The position numbers were made by a program, and so were the translations under genes. Below, piece by piece: positions 50,124 through 59,626 of a stretch of DNA of 64,000 bases. The notes below the pieces were generated by a model. That model searched no databases and was not told the origin of the DNA. It was given only the letters and a program-made list of their open reading frames with translations. The stretch is from Alphaproteobacteria bacterium (lineage in GTDB: Bacteria > Pseudomonadota > Alphaproteobacteria > UBA828), in the NCBI GenBank assembly GCA_965221125.1, contig CBDCRW010000004.1, positions 1 through 64,000 on the forward strand, read 5' to 3'. Numbering within the stretch: the stretch's first letter is position 1; every line of letters starts with the position of its first letter.

Positions 50124-51248
50124 ATGCCCCGCTATCAACGTTACCTCTTGCGCCAGCTCGTGGGTCCGTTCCTGCTCGTCGCGCTGGGCCTCACGGCGGT
50201 CGTCTGGCTGTCGCAGTCGCTGCGCATCATCGACCTGATCGTCAACAAGGGCCTGTCGTTCAGCGCCTTCCTGCTGATGAGCATGCTGGTGCTGCCGACC
50301 TTCCTGGGCGCGATCCTGCCGATCGCCTTCTTCTGCTCGCTGCTCTTCGTCTACAACAGGCTCACCATCGACAGCGAGCTGGTGTGCCTCAGGGCAGCCG
50401 GCGTCAGCCAATGGTCGCTCGCGAAGCCGGCGCTGCTGATGGCGACGATCATCGTTGTCGCCTCCTACGCGATCGTGATGTACGTCATGCCGATCAGCCA
50501 CCGGGAGTTCAAGGAGCGGCAGTTCGTGCTGCGCAGCGATCACTCGGCGCTGCTCCTCGAAGAAGGTTCGTTCAACTCGCTGACCGATGGCGTCACGGTC
50601 TACATTCGCGGGCGCGAGGGTGGCACGCTCAACGGCATCCTCGTGCACGACGCCCGCGAAAGGGAGAAGCCGGTCACGATGATGGCGGAGCGGGGCCTCC
50701 TGGTTCAGACGGCGGAAGGTCCCCGCTTCATCCTTTTCAACGGTCACCGGCAACGCATCGACCGCGATTCGGCGCAGCTTTCCCTGCTCAATTTCGAGCG
50801 CTATACGATGGACCTGGGCGAGTTCGCCCACCAGCAAGGCGCCCGCTCGCGCGAGCCGCGCGAACGCTTCGTGGGCGAGCTGCTCGACCCCGAGAGCGAG
50901 GGCGCGGAGCGGATGCGCAGCAAGTTTCTCTCCGAAGCGCACAACCGCATCGTCTCGCCGCTGTTCGCCTACACCCTTGTCGCCATCGGCCTGGCGGCGC
51001 TGCTCCTGGGCAACGTCGACCGGCGCGGGCAATGGCGCCGAATGCTCGTTGCGATCGCGGCCGCGGTCCTGTTCCAGGCCGCAGCACTCTTCCTGGTCAA
51101 CGCGACGGCCAAGAACAGCAGTCTCATTCCGCTCATGTATCTCAACCCGGTCCTCGCGACGGCGGCGGCGATCGCCGTGCTGCGTGGCCGTTTGCCGCGC
51201 CTGCTCGGCGGCCGCCCCGCGGCGCCGGAGCCGGGCGCGCAGGGGTAG
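50124..51248 (+). CDS. lptF: LPS export permease LptF
   Basis: VVWLSQSLRIIDLIVNKGLS, YNRLTIDSELV. Operon context. Confidence 0.92.
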   Translation: MPRYQRYLLRQLVGPFLLVALGLTAVVWLSQSLRIIDLIVNKGLSFSAFLLMSMLVLPTFLGAILPIAFFCSLLFVYNRLTIDSELVCLRAAGVSQWSLAKPALLMATIIVVASYAIVMYVMPISHREFKERQFVLRSDHSALLLEEGSFNSLTDGVTVYIRGREGGTLNGILVHDAREREKPVTMMAERGLLVQTAEGPRFILFNGHRQRIDRDSAQLSLLNFERYTMDLGEFAHQQGARSREPRERFVGELLDPESEGAERMRSKFLSEAHNRIVSPLFAYTLVAIGLAALLLGNVDRRGQWRRMLVAIAAAVLFQAAALFLVNATAKNSSLIPLMYLNPVLATAAAIAVLRGRLPRLLGGRPAAPEPGAQG

Positions 51249-51261
51249 GGGCTTAGGGTCC

Positions 51262-52356
51262 ATGCGCCTCTCGTCCACGCTCTCGCTCTACATGGGCAGG
51301 CAATACCTGCAGAGCGTGGCACTCGTGTTCCTGGTCGTGATCGTCACCATTCTCATCGCCGACACGATCGAGCTGCTGCGCCGCGCGTCGGGGCCGGACA
51401 AGACGGCCACCATCGAGACCGTCCTCCAGATGGCGTCGCTCCATATTCCCTTCATGGCCCAGAAGGCGCTTCCCTTCGTCGTTCTCGTCGGCGGCATCGT
51501 GACCTTCGCGAAGCTGACGCGGAGCCGCGAGCTGGTGATCGCGCGGGCGGCGGGCGTCTCGGTCTGGCAGTTCCTGCTTCCGGCGCTCGTCATCGCGGCG
51601 CTGCTGGGCGGGCTCTTCATGACGGTGGTCAACCCGCTCGCCTCGGCAACCACCGCGCGCTTCGAGCAGCTGGACGCGACCCACCTGCGCGGCCAGTCCA
51701 GCCTCCTGGCGCTGTCGCAGACCGGGATCTGGCTGAGGCAGGGCGATGCGGAAAGCCAGTCCGTGATCCACGCCGAGAGTGTCGATCAGGAGACGATGAC
51801 GCTCCACGACACCATCATCTTCCTCTATGAAGAAGAGGATCAGTTCGTCGGACGCATCGACGCCGCCGAAGCCCGGCTCGAGGACGGTTACTGGAACCTG
51901 ACGGACGCTCTCTTCAGCGAGCCGGACGAGCCCACCCGGCACCGGGCGAACGCCCGCGTGCCGACCGATCTCACCCTGGAGCGTATCCAGAACAGCTTCT
52001 CGCCGCCGGAGACCCTGTCCTTCTGGGCTCTGCCGAGCTTCATCGAGGTGCTGGAGGCATCCGGCTTCTCCTCGGTGAAGCACCGGCTGCACTGGCATTC
52101 GCTACTCGCGGTTCCCCTTCTGCTCTGCGCGATGGTCCTGATAGCGGCGACCTTCTCGCTTCGCTTCACGCGGCGCGGCACGTGGGTGCTGGTGCTGGGC
52201 GGGCTGCTCACGGGATTTCTCCTCTTTTTTGTCTCGGACCTCGTCCTCGCCCTCGGCCTCTCCGGCAAGCTGCCGCCGGTGCTGGCGGCGTGGACTCCGG
52301 CGGTCATATTCACCCTGCTCGGCGTCGCTGGCCTGTTCCACCTCGAGGACGGATAG
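51262..52356 (+). CDS. lptG: LPS export permease LptG
   Basis: TLSLYMGRQY, SRELVIARAAGVSVWQFL, LFHLEDG. Confidence 0.93.
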   Translation: MRLSSTLSLYMGRQYLQSVALVFLVVIVTILIADTIELLRRASGPDKTATIETVLQMASLHIPFMAQKALPFVVLVGGIVTFAKLTRSRELVIARAAGVSVWQFLLPALVIAALLGGLFMTVVNPLASATTARFEQLDATHLRGQSSLLALSQTGIWLRQGDAESQSVIHAESVDQETMTLHDTIIFLYEEEDQFVGRIDAAEARLEDGYWNLTDALFSEPDEPTRHRANARVPTDLTLERIQNSFSPPETLSFWALPSFIEVLEASGFSSVKHRLHWHSLLAVPLLLCAMVLIAATFSLRFTRRGTWVLVLGGLLTGFLLFFVSDLVLALGLSGKLPPVLAAWTPAVIFTLLGVAGLFHLEDG

Positions 52357-52363
52357 CGCCGGC

Positions 52364-54523
52364 ATGATCAGAGCCCTCGCGCCGTTCATCCTCGCGTGTC
52401 TCCTGGCCCTCTCAGCATTCGAGGCGCGCGCGCAGGAGGCCGACGCCGTGCTGCCAGCCGATGAGCTGCTCGCAGGCGACCTCCTCATGACCGCCGACGA
52501 GCTGACCTATGACGAGGCCACCGATACGGTGATCGCGTCCGGCAATGTCGAGGTCGCCCAGGGCGAGCGCGTGCTGCGCGCCGCGCGCATCCACTACAGG
52601 CAGGGCGAGGGCGTGGTGACCGCCTCCGGCGACGTCGCGCTGCGGGAGCCGGGCGGTGAGGTGCTGTTCGCCGATTCCGTCGAGCTCACCGGCGACCTCC
52701 GAAGCGGCGTCATCCACCGCTTGAGCGTCCTCATGGCCAACAACGCGCGGATCGTCGCCGGCGGCGCCAGGCGCATCGACGGCAACCGCACCGTGATGCG
52801 GAAGGCGGTGTTTTCCCCCTGCGCGCTGTGCGCGGACGAGCCCGCCCGGCCACCGCTCTGGCAGATCAAGGCCGGGACCGTGATCCACGACCAGACCGAT
52901 CACGATCTCACCTACTACGATGCATCGCTCGAGGTCTTCGGCCTGCCCGTCCTCTACACCCCCTACTTCCGTCATCCCGATCCGAGCGTGACGCGGCAGA
53001 GCGGCTTCCTGTATCCCCTCTACCGAAGCTCCAGGGCCCTCGGCGTGGACGTGACGATCCCCTACTACTGGTCCCTCGCGCCCCACCGGGACCTGACGTT
53101 CTCGCCGCGCTTCACCTCCGACGAGGCGGTCGTGCTGGCCGGCGAGTACCGCGAGCGCACGCGGGACGGCCAGTACACCATCGATGCCAGCATCACCCAG
53201 GCGGACACACCGGCCGAGGACGGCCGCAATGTCCGCGGGCACATCTTCGGCCGCGGCCTCTTCGATATCGACGAGCACTGGCGCTGGGGCTTCGACGTGG
53301 AGCGCGCCATCGACGATACCTATCTCAAGCGCTACGACATTTCGTCGCAGGACGAGCTGGTCACGAACCTGTATGCGGAGCAGTACAGCCGGCGCAGCTT
53401 CCTGTCGGGCAACAGCTACTGGTTCCAGAGCCTCCGGGCGGGAGCACAGAGCGACCAGAGCCCCATCGTCCTTCCCCTGCTCGACGCGAATCTGGTGACC
53501 GCGCCCGACTATCTCGGCGGCTACGCCACGCTCGACGGCAATCTCATGATCCTGGAGCGTTTCGACGGGGTCGACAGCCGGCGGATTTCCGTTGCCGGAG
53601 GCTGGCACCGCCCGATGATCCTGTCCGGAGGGCACCTCTTCCGCATCGACGCGAGCCTGCGGGGCGACCTCTATCACTTCTACACGCCGGTCGACCCCCT
53701 GCTGCCCTCCGGCGCCATGGAGAGCGGCACGGCCGTGCGCCTCGTGCCGCAACTGGCTGTCGAATGGCGCTATCCGCTCATCTCCCGCCTCGGCCCGATC
53801 CGTCAGCTCATCGAGCCCATCGTGCAGGGCGTCATCAGCCCGGACGGCGGCAATCCGGCCGAGATTCCCAACGAGGACAGCCAGGACCTCGAATTCGATC
53901 ACACCAACCTGTTCAGCACCAACCGCTTCACCGGCCTCGACCGCATGGAGACCGGCCGGCGCGTGAATTACGGGGTGCGCCTCGGTTTCTACGGGCCCGA
54001 GGGCGGCCGGGCGACGGCATTGTTCGGGCAGAGCATCCGGCAGAAGGAAAACGCGCTGTTCGAACCCGGCAGCGGGCTCGAGCATCGGCTGTCGGACTTT
54101 GTCGGCCACATCCTCTTCGAACCGTCGCCCTGGGTCGATCTCTCGCTCCGCTTTCGCCTCGACCATCGCAACGCCAGGATCAGGCGCAACGAGATCGACC
54201 TCGCGGCCGGGCCGAGCTGGCTGCGGGGCACGCTCGGCTTCGTCGACCTGGACCAGCAGCCGGAGAGCATGACGGGAGACGGCCACGGCGGCAGGCAGGC
54301 GCTCATGGGCTTCACGGCGGGGCCCTTCGACAACTGGACCTTCTCATCCAGGATCCGCCGCGATATCGAGGACAACACTTCCATTAGCTGGAGGATCGGT
54401 CTTACCTATGAAGACGAGTGTGTGCTTGTCGGCACGGGCGTGTCGCGCTCCTTCACCCGTGACCGGGACATCGAGCCGGATACGGTATGGCTTTTGACCG
54501 TCGTTCTGAAGCAGACAGGCTGA
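52364..54523 (+). CDS. lptD: LPS assembly protein LptD
   Basis: ADELTYDE..ASGNVE, FSPCALC..PLWQIKA, YFRHPDP..RQSGFL, PNEDS, YEDEC. Confidence 0.94.
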   Translation: MIRALAPFILACLLALSAFEARAQEADAVLPADELLAGDLLMTADELTYDEATDTVIASGNVEVAQGERVLRAARIHYRQGEGVVTASGDVALREPGGEVLFADSVELTGDLRSGVIHRLSVLMANNARIVAGGARRIDGNRTVMRKAVFSPCALCADEPARPPLWQIKAGTVIHDQTDHDLTYYDASLEVFGLPVLYTPYFRHPDPSVTRQSGFLYPLYRSSRALGVDVTIPYYWSLAPHRDLTFSPRFTSDEAVVLAGEYRERTRDGQYTIDASITQADTPAEDGRNVRGHIFGRGLFDIDEHWRWGFDVERAIDDTYLKRYDISSQDELVTNLYAEQYSRRSFLSGNSYWFQSLRAGAQSDQSPIVLPLLDANLVTAPDYLGGYATLDGNLMILERFDGVDSRRISVAGGWHRPMILSGGHLFRIDASLRGDLYHFYTPVDPLLPSGAMESGTAVRLVPQLAVEWRYPLISRLGPIRQLIEPIVQGVISPDGGNPAEIPNEDSQDLEFDHTNLFSTNRFTGLDRMETGRRVNYGVRLGFYGPEGGRATALFGQSIRQKENALFEPGSGLEHRLSDFVGHILFEPSPWVDLSLRFRLDHRNARIRRNEIDLAAGPSWLRGTLGFVDLDQQPESMTGDGHGGRQALMGFTAGPFDNWTFSSRIRRDIEDNTSISWRIGLTYEDECVLVGTGVSRSFTRDRDIEPDTVWLLTVVLKQTG

Positions 54524-54530
54524 GGCGGCC

Positions 54531-55499
54531 ATGAGGATTTCGCAGTTCGCAAGGTTGGCTCCACTGCTGCTCGCGCTGCTGCCGCTCGTCCTCTTGCCGG
54601 CAGGCCGGGCGAGCGGCCAGGAGTCCATAGGCATCGCCGCGGTGGTCAACAACGAGGCGATTTCGATCCCCGACCTGGTGGCCCGCATCGACGTTGCCAT
54701 CGTGGCATCGCGCTTGCGCGCCAGCGAGGACCTGCGCCGGCAGCTCGCGCCGCAGGTGCTGCGCTCGCTCGTCGACGAGCGGCTGAAGGTGCAGGAAGCC
54801 GAGCGCCTCGGCGTGACGGTCACTGACGCCGAGATGGCGAACGCGCGGCGCAGCGTCGAGCAGCGCAACGGAATCGCCGGCGGCGGACTGGATGACTTCC
54901 TGCAACGCCAGGGGCTGAATGTCGCGACCGTTACCGACCAGCTCCGCGCCGAGATTCTCTGGTCCAAGCTCGTGCGCGGCCGGCTCGGCGCCGCGGTCTC
55001 GGTGGGCGAGGGCGAAATCGACGAGGCGCTCGCCCAGCTCGAAGCCAACCGGGGGCGCCCCGAGTATCGCGTCGCCGAGATCTTCCTCGCGGTCGAGTCG
55101 AGCGAGCAGGAGAGCGAGGTTCGCGCCGCCGCTGAGAGCCTCTTCGAGCAGCTGAAGGCGGGCGCGAAGTTCGACCAGATCGCCAGCCAGTTCTCGCAGA
55201 GCGCCACCGCCGCCGTCGGCGGCGACATCGGCTGGGTTCTCGAAGGGGAGCTTCCGAGCGAGATCGAGGCCGTGCTCGCGCGCATGCAACCGGGGAGGAT
55301 CGCCCCTCCGGTGCGCACGTTCGACGGCTACAGCATCGTCCTGCTCATCGACCGCCGCACGGTGCTCTCGGATGCGCCTGCCGCGGGTCCCGATCGGGAG
55401 GCGATCCGCCAGGAGATCGGCCAGCGCAGGCTGGAGATGCTCGCGCGACGCTACCTGCGCGACCTGCACCGCTCGGCGTTCATCAGCGTAAGGATTTGA
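54531..55499 (+). CDS. surA: SurA chaperone/parvulin PPIase
   Basis: IAAVVNNEAIS, FSQSATAAVGGDIGWV, ARRYLRDL. Follows lptD. Confidence 0.88.
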   Translation: MRISQFARLAPLLLALLPLVLLPAGRASGQESIGIAAVVNNEAISIPDLVARIDVAIVASRLRASEDLRRQLAPQVLRSLVDERLKVQEAERLGVTVTDAEMANARRSVEQRNGIAGGGLDDFLQRQGLNVATVTDQLRAEILWSKLVRGRLGAAVSVGEGEIDEALAQLEANRGRPEYRVAEIFLAVESSEQESEVRAAAESLFEQLKAGAKFDQIASQFSQSATAAVGGDIGWVLEGELPSEIEAVLARMQPGRIAPPVRTFDGYSIVLLIDRRTVLSDAPAAGPDREAIRQEIGQRRLEMLARRYLRDLHRSAFISVRI

Positions 55500-56377
55500 C
55501 CGGCGCCCGGGCCCCCGATGCGGCGGACGGCGGGCAGGACGCCGCGCTGCCGCCGCTCTCCGCCGTCATCGCGCGGCACGACCTGCAGCCGAGGCGCGCG
55601 CTCGGGCAGCACTTCCTCCTCGATCCCGGTCTTTGCGGCAAGATCGTCCGCGCGGCCCGGCTTCGGAGTTCGGCCGTCGTGCTGGAGGTGGGGCCCGGGC
55701 CCGGCGGGTTGACCAGGGCGCTGCTCGCGGCCGGCGCGGCGCGCGTCGTCGCGGTGGAGAAGGACCGCCGCTGCGTGGCCGCGCTCGGCGAGCTCGCGGC
55801 GCGCTATCCCGGCCGCCTCGATGTCATCGAGGGCGACGCGCTCGCCTTCGACGCCGCGGCCCTCGGCCCCTCCAAGATCGCCATCGTGGCGAACCTCCCC
55901 TACAACGTCGGCACGCGGCTCCTGCTGCGCTGGCTGGAGCGGGTCGAGCGGATCGAGAGCATGACGCTCATGTTCCAGAAGGAGGTCGCGCAGCGGATCG
56001 CCGCGACGGGAGGGCGGGACTACGGCGGGCTCTCGGTGCGCGCGCAGTGGCTCTGCGCTTGCGAGCGGCTCTTCGACGTGAGCCCGCGCGCCTTCGTGCC
56101 GCCGCCTGCGGTGACCTCTGCGGTGGTGCGCCTGGTGCCGCGAGACGCGCCGCTCGCGCCGGCGGACCCCGATGCCCTCGACGCCGTGACCCGTGCCGCG
56201 TTCGGCCAGCGCAGGAAGATGCTGCGGCGCGCCCTGCGCGGTCTCACGCCGGACCCGCAGGCCCTGCTGCAGAGCGCCGGCATTTCGCCCGAGGCGCGGG
56301 CCGAGGCGCTCTCAGTCGCCGAATTCTGCGCGCTCGCGCGGGCGTGGTCCGCCATGCGGAGCGCAGGAGCGCGGTAA
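55496..56377 (+). CDS. rsmA: 16S rRNA dimethyltransferase KsgA
   Basis: LGQHFLLD, EVGPGPGGLT, VANLPYNVGT, MFQKEVA, FGQRRKML. Confidence 0.95.
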   Translation: MTGARAPDAADGGQDAALPPLSAVIARHDLQPRRALGQHFLLDPGLCGKIVRAARLRSSAVVLEVGPGPGGLTRALLAAGAARVVAVEKDRRCVAALGELAARYPGRLDVIEGDALAFDAAALGPSKIAIVANLPYNVGTRLLLRWLERVERIESMTLMFQKEVAQRIAATGGRDYGGLSVRAQWLCACERLFDVSPRAFVPPPAVTSAVVRLVPRDAPLAPADPDALDAVTRAAFGQRRKMLRRALRGLTPDPQALLQSAGISPEARAEALSVAEFCALARAWSAMRSAGAR

Positions 56378-56526
56378 TTCCGCTTGCCATCGGGGCCGGC
56401 ACGCTTTAGTCATCCCGCCGTCATGATTGTGAACGCTCGCCTGCGACGACGAGACACCTGACTTCGCCGCGCCATCGGCGCGGCGGCTGCACCACAGTGC
56501 CCGTCTGACGTCGAGAGCGAGCAATC

Positions 56527-57063
56527 ATGTCTCCCATACGGTTCGAGCGGCCGCAGGACGGCCCGCAAATCGAAAACCTGCTGGACAGGGCGTTCGGCGT
56601 GGACCGCCACGCCCGGCCCTCCTACCGCCTGCGCGCGGGCGTTGCACCCGTGCGCACCCTCTGCTTCGTGGCTGAAGACGAGGGCCGCATCGTCGGCACC
56701 ATTCGCCATTGGCCCGTCCGCATCGGAGAGACGGGACGCGCGCTGCTGCTTGGGCCGATCGCGGTCGATCCCGTCCGTGAGCGCCAGGGGATCGGCCGGC
56801 GGCTGGTGCGGGCCGGCCTGTATCAGGCTGCGGCGGTTGGATACGAGGCCGTCGTGGCGGTGGGCACGCCGTCGTTCCTCATCGGCTCGCCTGCGTTTCT
56901 CAGCCGCTTCGGCTTTGCCGACGCGGGGAGCTTCGGGATCACGCTCCCCGGCCTCGACGATCCGCGCAAGCTGTTCGCGCTGGCGCTCGCGCCCGGCGTC
57001 TTCGACCGCGTGAACGGCGCGATCCAGCGTGTCAGTGGGTCGGCGTGTTCGCCCCCGACGTAA
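56527..57063 (+). CDS. GNAT N-acetyltransferase
   Basis: LLDRAFG..SYRLR, LLLGPIAVDP..QGIGRRLV. Confidence 0.85.
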   Translation: MSPIRFERPQDGPQIENLLDRAFGVDRHARPSYRLRAGVAPVRTLCFVAEDEGRIVGTIRHWPVRIGETGRALLLGPIAVDPVRERQGIGRRLVRAGLYQAAAVGYEAVVAVGTPSFLIGSPAFLSRFGFADAGSFGITLPGLDDPRKLFALALAPGVFDRVNGAIQRVSGSACSPPT

Positions 57064-57700
57064 GCCGGCGCACGAAGCCCTCCAGGCCCCGAAGGCGCTC
57101 CCGGCGCAGCCGCTCGGCCCGGAGGATCGCACGCACATCCTCGACCGCCTTCTCCAGCGCCGTGTTGACGACGACGTAATCGTACTCGTCGTGGTGGCTC
57201 ATCTCGTCGGCGGCGCGGCTCATCCGCTGCGCCACCACCTCGGGGCTGTCCTGGGCGCGTCGCCGGAGCCGCTGCTCAAGCGCGTCCAGCGACGGCGGCA
57301 GGATGAAGACGCGGACCAGATCGCCCCGCACCGCCTCGGCAAGCTGCTGGCTGCCCTGCCAGTCGATATCGAAGACCACGTCGCGCCCGGCGTCGAGCGC
57401 GCGTTCCACCGGGTCGCGCGTGGTGCCGTACCAGTGGCCGAACACCTCCGCGCTTTCGAGGAACTCGCCCCGCTCCCGCAGGCGGGCGAAGGCGGCCTGG
57501 TCCGTGAAGTGATAGTCCCGGCCGTCCATCTCGTCCGGCCGCTTCGGCCGCGTGGTGTGGGAGATCGAGATTTCGACGCCGCCGCCTTCGAGCTCGACCA
57601 GGCGGCGGGTGATCGTCGTCTTGCCGGCGCCTGAGGGCGACGACAGCACCAGCAGGAGGCCGCGGCGCTCCAGGGCGGGATCGGTATCCGGCGCGCTCAC
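57032..57700 (-). CDS. gmk: Guanylate kinase
   Basis: SSPSGAGKTT, SHTTRPKR, DIDWQG. Confidence 0.96.
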   Translation of the reverse strand: MSAPDTDPALERRGLLLVLSSPSGAGKTTITRRLVELEGGGVEISISHTTRPKRPDEMDGRDYHFTDQAAFARLRERGEFLESAEVFGHWYGTTRDPVERALDAGRDVVFDIDWQGSQQLAEAVRGDLVRVFILPPSLDALEQRLRRRAQDSPEVVAQRMSRAADEMSHHDEYDYVVVNTALEKAVEDVRAILRAERLRRERLRGLEGFVRRLTSGANTPTH

Positions 57701-57703
57701 CGT

Positions 57704-58603
57704 CTATTCCACGTTCTGTACCTGCTCGCGGAACTGGTCGATGGCGGCCTTGAGCGCGAGGCCGATGTCCGTGAGCGCGGCGTGGGAGGCTTTTGAGCAG
57801 AGCGTGTTGGCCTCCCGGTTGAACTCCTGGGCGAGGAAATCGAGCTTGCGGCCGACGGCGCCGTCCTCCTGCAGGTGGCGCGCCGCCGCCGCGCAGTGGG
57901 ATTTCAGGCGGTCGATCTCCTCGGTCACGTCGATCTTGACGGCCAGCATCGCGAGCTCCGCGGCGAGGCGCTCCTCGGCCACCGGCGCGCCGGCGTCGAC
58001 CAGCGCCGCCACCTGCTCGCGCAGCCGGGCGCCGAGCGCCTCCTGGCGCGACGGCGCGAGCGCCTCGGCCTGGCGCGTCAGGGCAGCGATCTCCGCGATC
58101 CGGTCCGTGAGCGCCGCCGCGAGCTGGGTCCCCTCGGCCTGCCGCTCGTGCACCAGCTCCGCGAGCGCGGCATCGAGCGTTTCCAGCATGGCGTCGTCGT
58201 CCTGGCCCGAGTCCGCGTCGTTGTCGGGCTGCTCGGCGGCTTCGATCACGCCGCGCAGCGCCAGCATGCCGTCGAGGCTGGGCGGCGCGATGCCTTCGTT
58301 GGCACGGTACTCGGCGGCGAGCGCGATCAGCTCGTCGAGCCAGGCCCTGTTCACGCGCATGGCGGCGGCGTCCGGCGCCTGGGAGAGCCTGAGCCCTACC
58401 GTGACGTTGCCGCGCTTGAGCCGCGCCGCCACCCTGCCGCGCACCGCCGGGTCGAGCCGCTCCAGCCCCTGCGGCAGGCGGCAGCGGATGTCGAGCGCCC
58501 GCCCGTTCACGCTCTTGATCTCCCAGCTCCAGCCGGCAGCGCCGCTGCTGCCGCCGGCACGGGCGAACCCGGTCATGCTGGAAACGCGAATCGTGTCGGT
58601 CAT
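57704..58603 (-). CDS. yicC: YicC/YloC family endoribonuclease
   Basis: SMTGF, EIKSVN, GRKLDFLAQEFNREANTLCSK, REQVQNVE. Confidence 0.95.
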   Translation of the reverse strand: MTDTIRVSSMTGFARAGGSSGAAGWSWEIKSVNGRALDIRCRLPQGLERLDPAVRGRVAARLKRGNVTVGLRLSQAPDAAAMRVNRAWLDELIALAAEYRANEGIAPPSLDGMLALRGVIEAAEQPDNDADSGQDDDAMLETLDAALAELVHERQAEGTQLAAALTDRIAEIAALTRQAEALAPSRQEALGARLREQVAALVDAGAPVAEERLAAELAMLAVKIDVTEEIDRLKSHCAAAARHLQEDGAVGRKLDFLAQEFNREANTLCSKASHAALTDIGLALKAAIDQFREQVQNVE

Positions 58604-58621
58604 CCGGACGCCTCTCCTTGG

Positions 58622-59623
58622 CTAGTTCTTCTCACTGGCCCGCGTGGCGCGCCAGCGGGCGACGTTGCGATTGTGCTCGTCCAGGGTCGCCGCGAAGGCG
58701 TGCCCGCCGGAGCCGTCGGCCACGAAATAGAGAGCGTCGGTCTCCGCCGGCTGCATGACCGCGGCGAGCGAGGCCCGCCCCGGATTGGCGATGGGCCCCG
58801 GCGGCAGGCCGTTCTGGCGGTAGGTGTTGTAGGGACTCTCCAGCCAGAGATCCGCGCGCGAGAGCGGCCGCCCCAGCGGTCGCTTGCCGCCGGTCACGGC
58901 GTAGACCACGGTGACGTCGGCCTGGAGCCGCATGCCCTGCCGCAGCCGGTTGAGGAAGACGCCGGCGATGAGAGGGCGCTCCTCGGCGACGGCGGTCTCC
59001 TTCTCGACGATGGAGGCGAGCACCACCGCCTGCTCCGCACTGTCGAGCGCGACCGCGGAATCGCGCGCCTGCCACAGCTCGTCGACCAGGCGCGCCATGT
59101 CGTGCTCCATGCGCTCTATCAGCCTGGCCCGGCTGTCGCCGAGGTCGTAGTGGTAGGTCTCGGGCAGGAGCGTCCCTTCCGCGGGCGCCTCCGCGATCTC
59201 GCCCACGAGCCAAGGCACGTCGTTCAGCAGGGCCACGACCTCCGCGCTGGTCATGCCCTCCGTGACGGTGAGCCGGTGCAAGACCGTATCGCCCGCCACC
59301 AGCTTCTCCATCACGCCGCGCGGCGTGACCAGCGCCTCGAACATGTATTCGCCCGCCTTGAGCGACTGCTGCTTGTCCTCGATCCAGAGGCCGGCGACGA
59401 AGAGCAGCGGGTCGTCGATTACGCCCGCGTCCTCGAGCAGGTCGGCGATGTCGAAGGCGCTCGCTCCTTGCGGCAGGACCACGGTGCGCTCGTCGCGCGC
59501 AGGCCCCGGCGTGTCGAGCCTGCCGTGAACGTAGAGCCAGCCCGCGATCACCAGGACGACGACGAGGCCAACCAGGACCGCCAACCCCGTCAGCGGCCAC
59601 AGGACGGCGCGCCTCATCGCCAC
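58622..59623 (-). CDS. mltG: Endolytic transglycosylase MltG
   Basis: EGTLLPETY, LASIVEKET, RLQAD, SPYNTY..GLPPGPIANPG. Confidence 0.95.
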   Translation of the reverse strand: MAMRRAVLWPLTGLAVLVGLVVVLVIAGWLYVHGRLDTPGPARDERTVVLPQGASAFDIADLLEDAGVIDDPLLFVAGLWIEDKQQSLKAGEYMFEALVTPRGVMEKLVAGDTVLHRLTVTEGMTSAEVVALLNDVPWLVGEIAEAPAEGTLLPETYHYDLGDSRARLIERMEHDMARLVDELWQARDSAVALDSAEQAVVLASIVEKETAVAEERPLIAGVFLNRLRQGMRLQADVTVVYAVTGGKRPLGRPLSRADLWLESPYNTYRQNGLPPGPIANPGRASLAAVMQPAETDALYFVADGSGGHAFAATLDEHNRNVARWRATRASEKN

Positions 59624-59626
59624 CCT

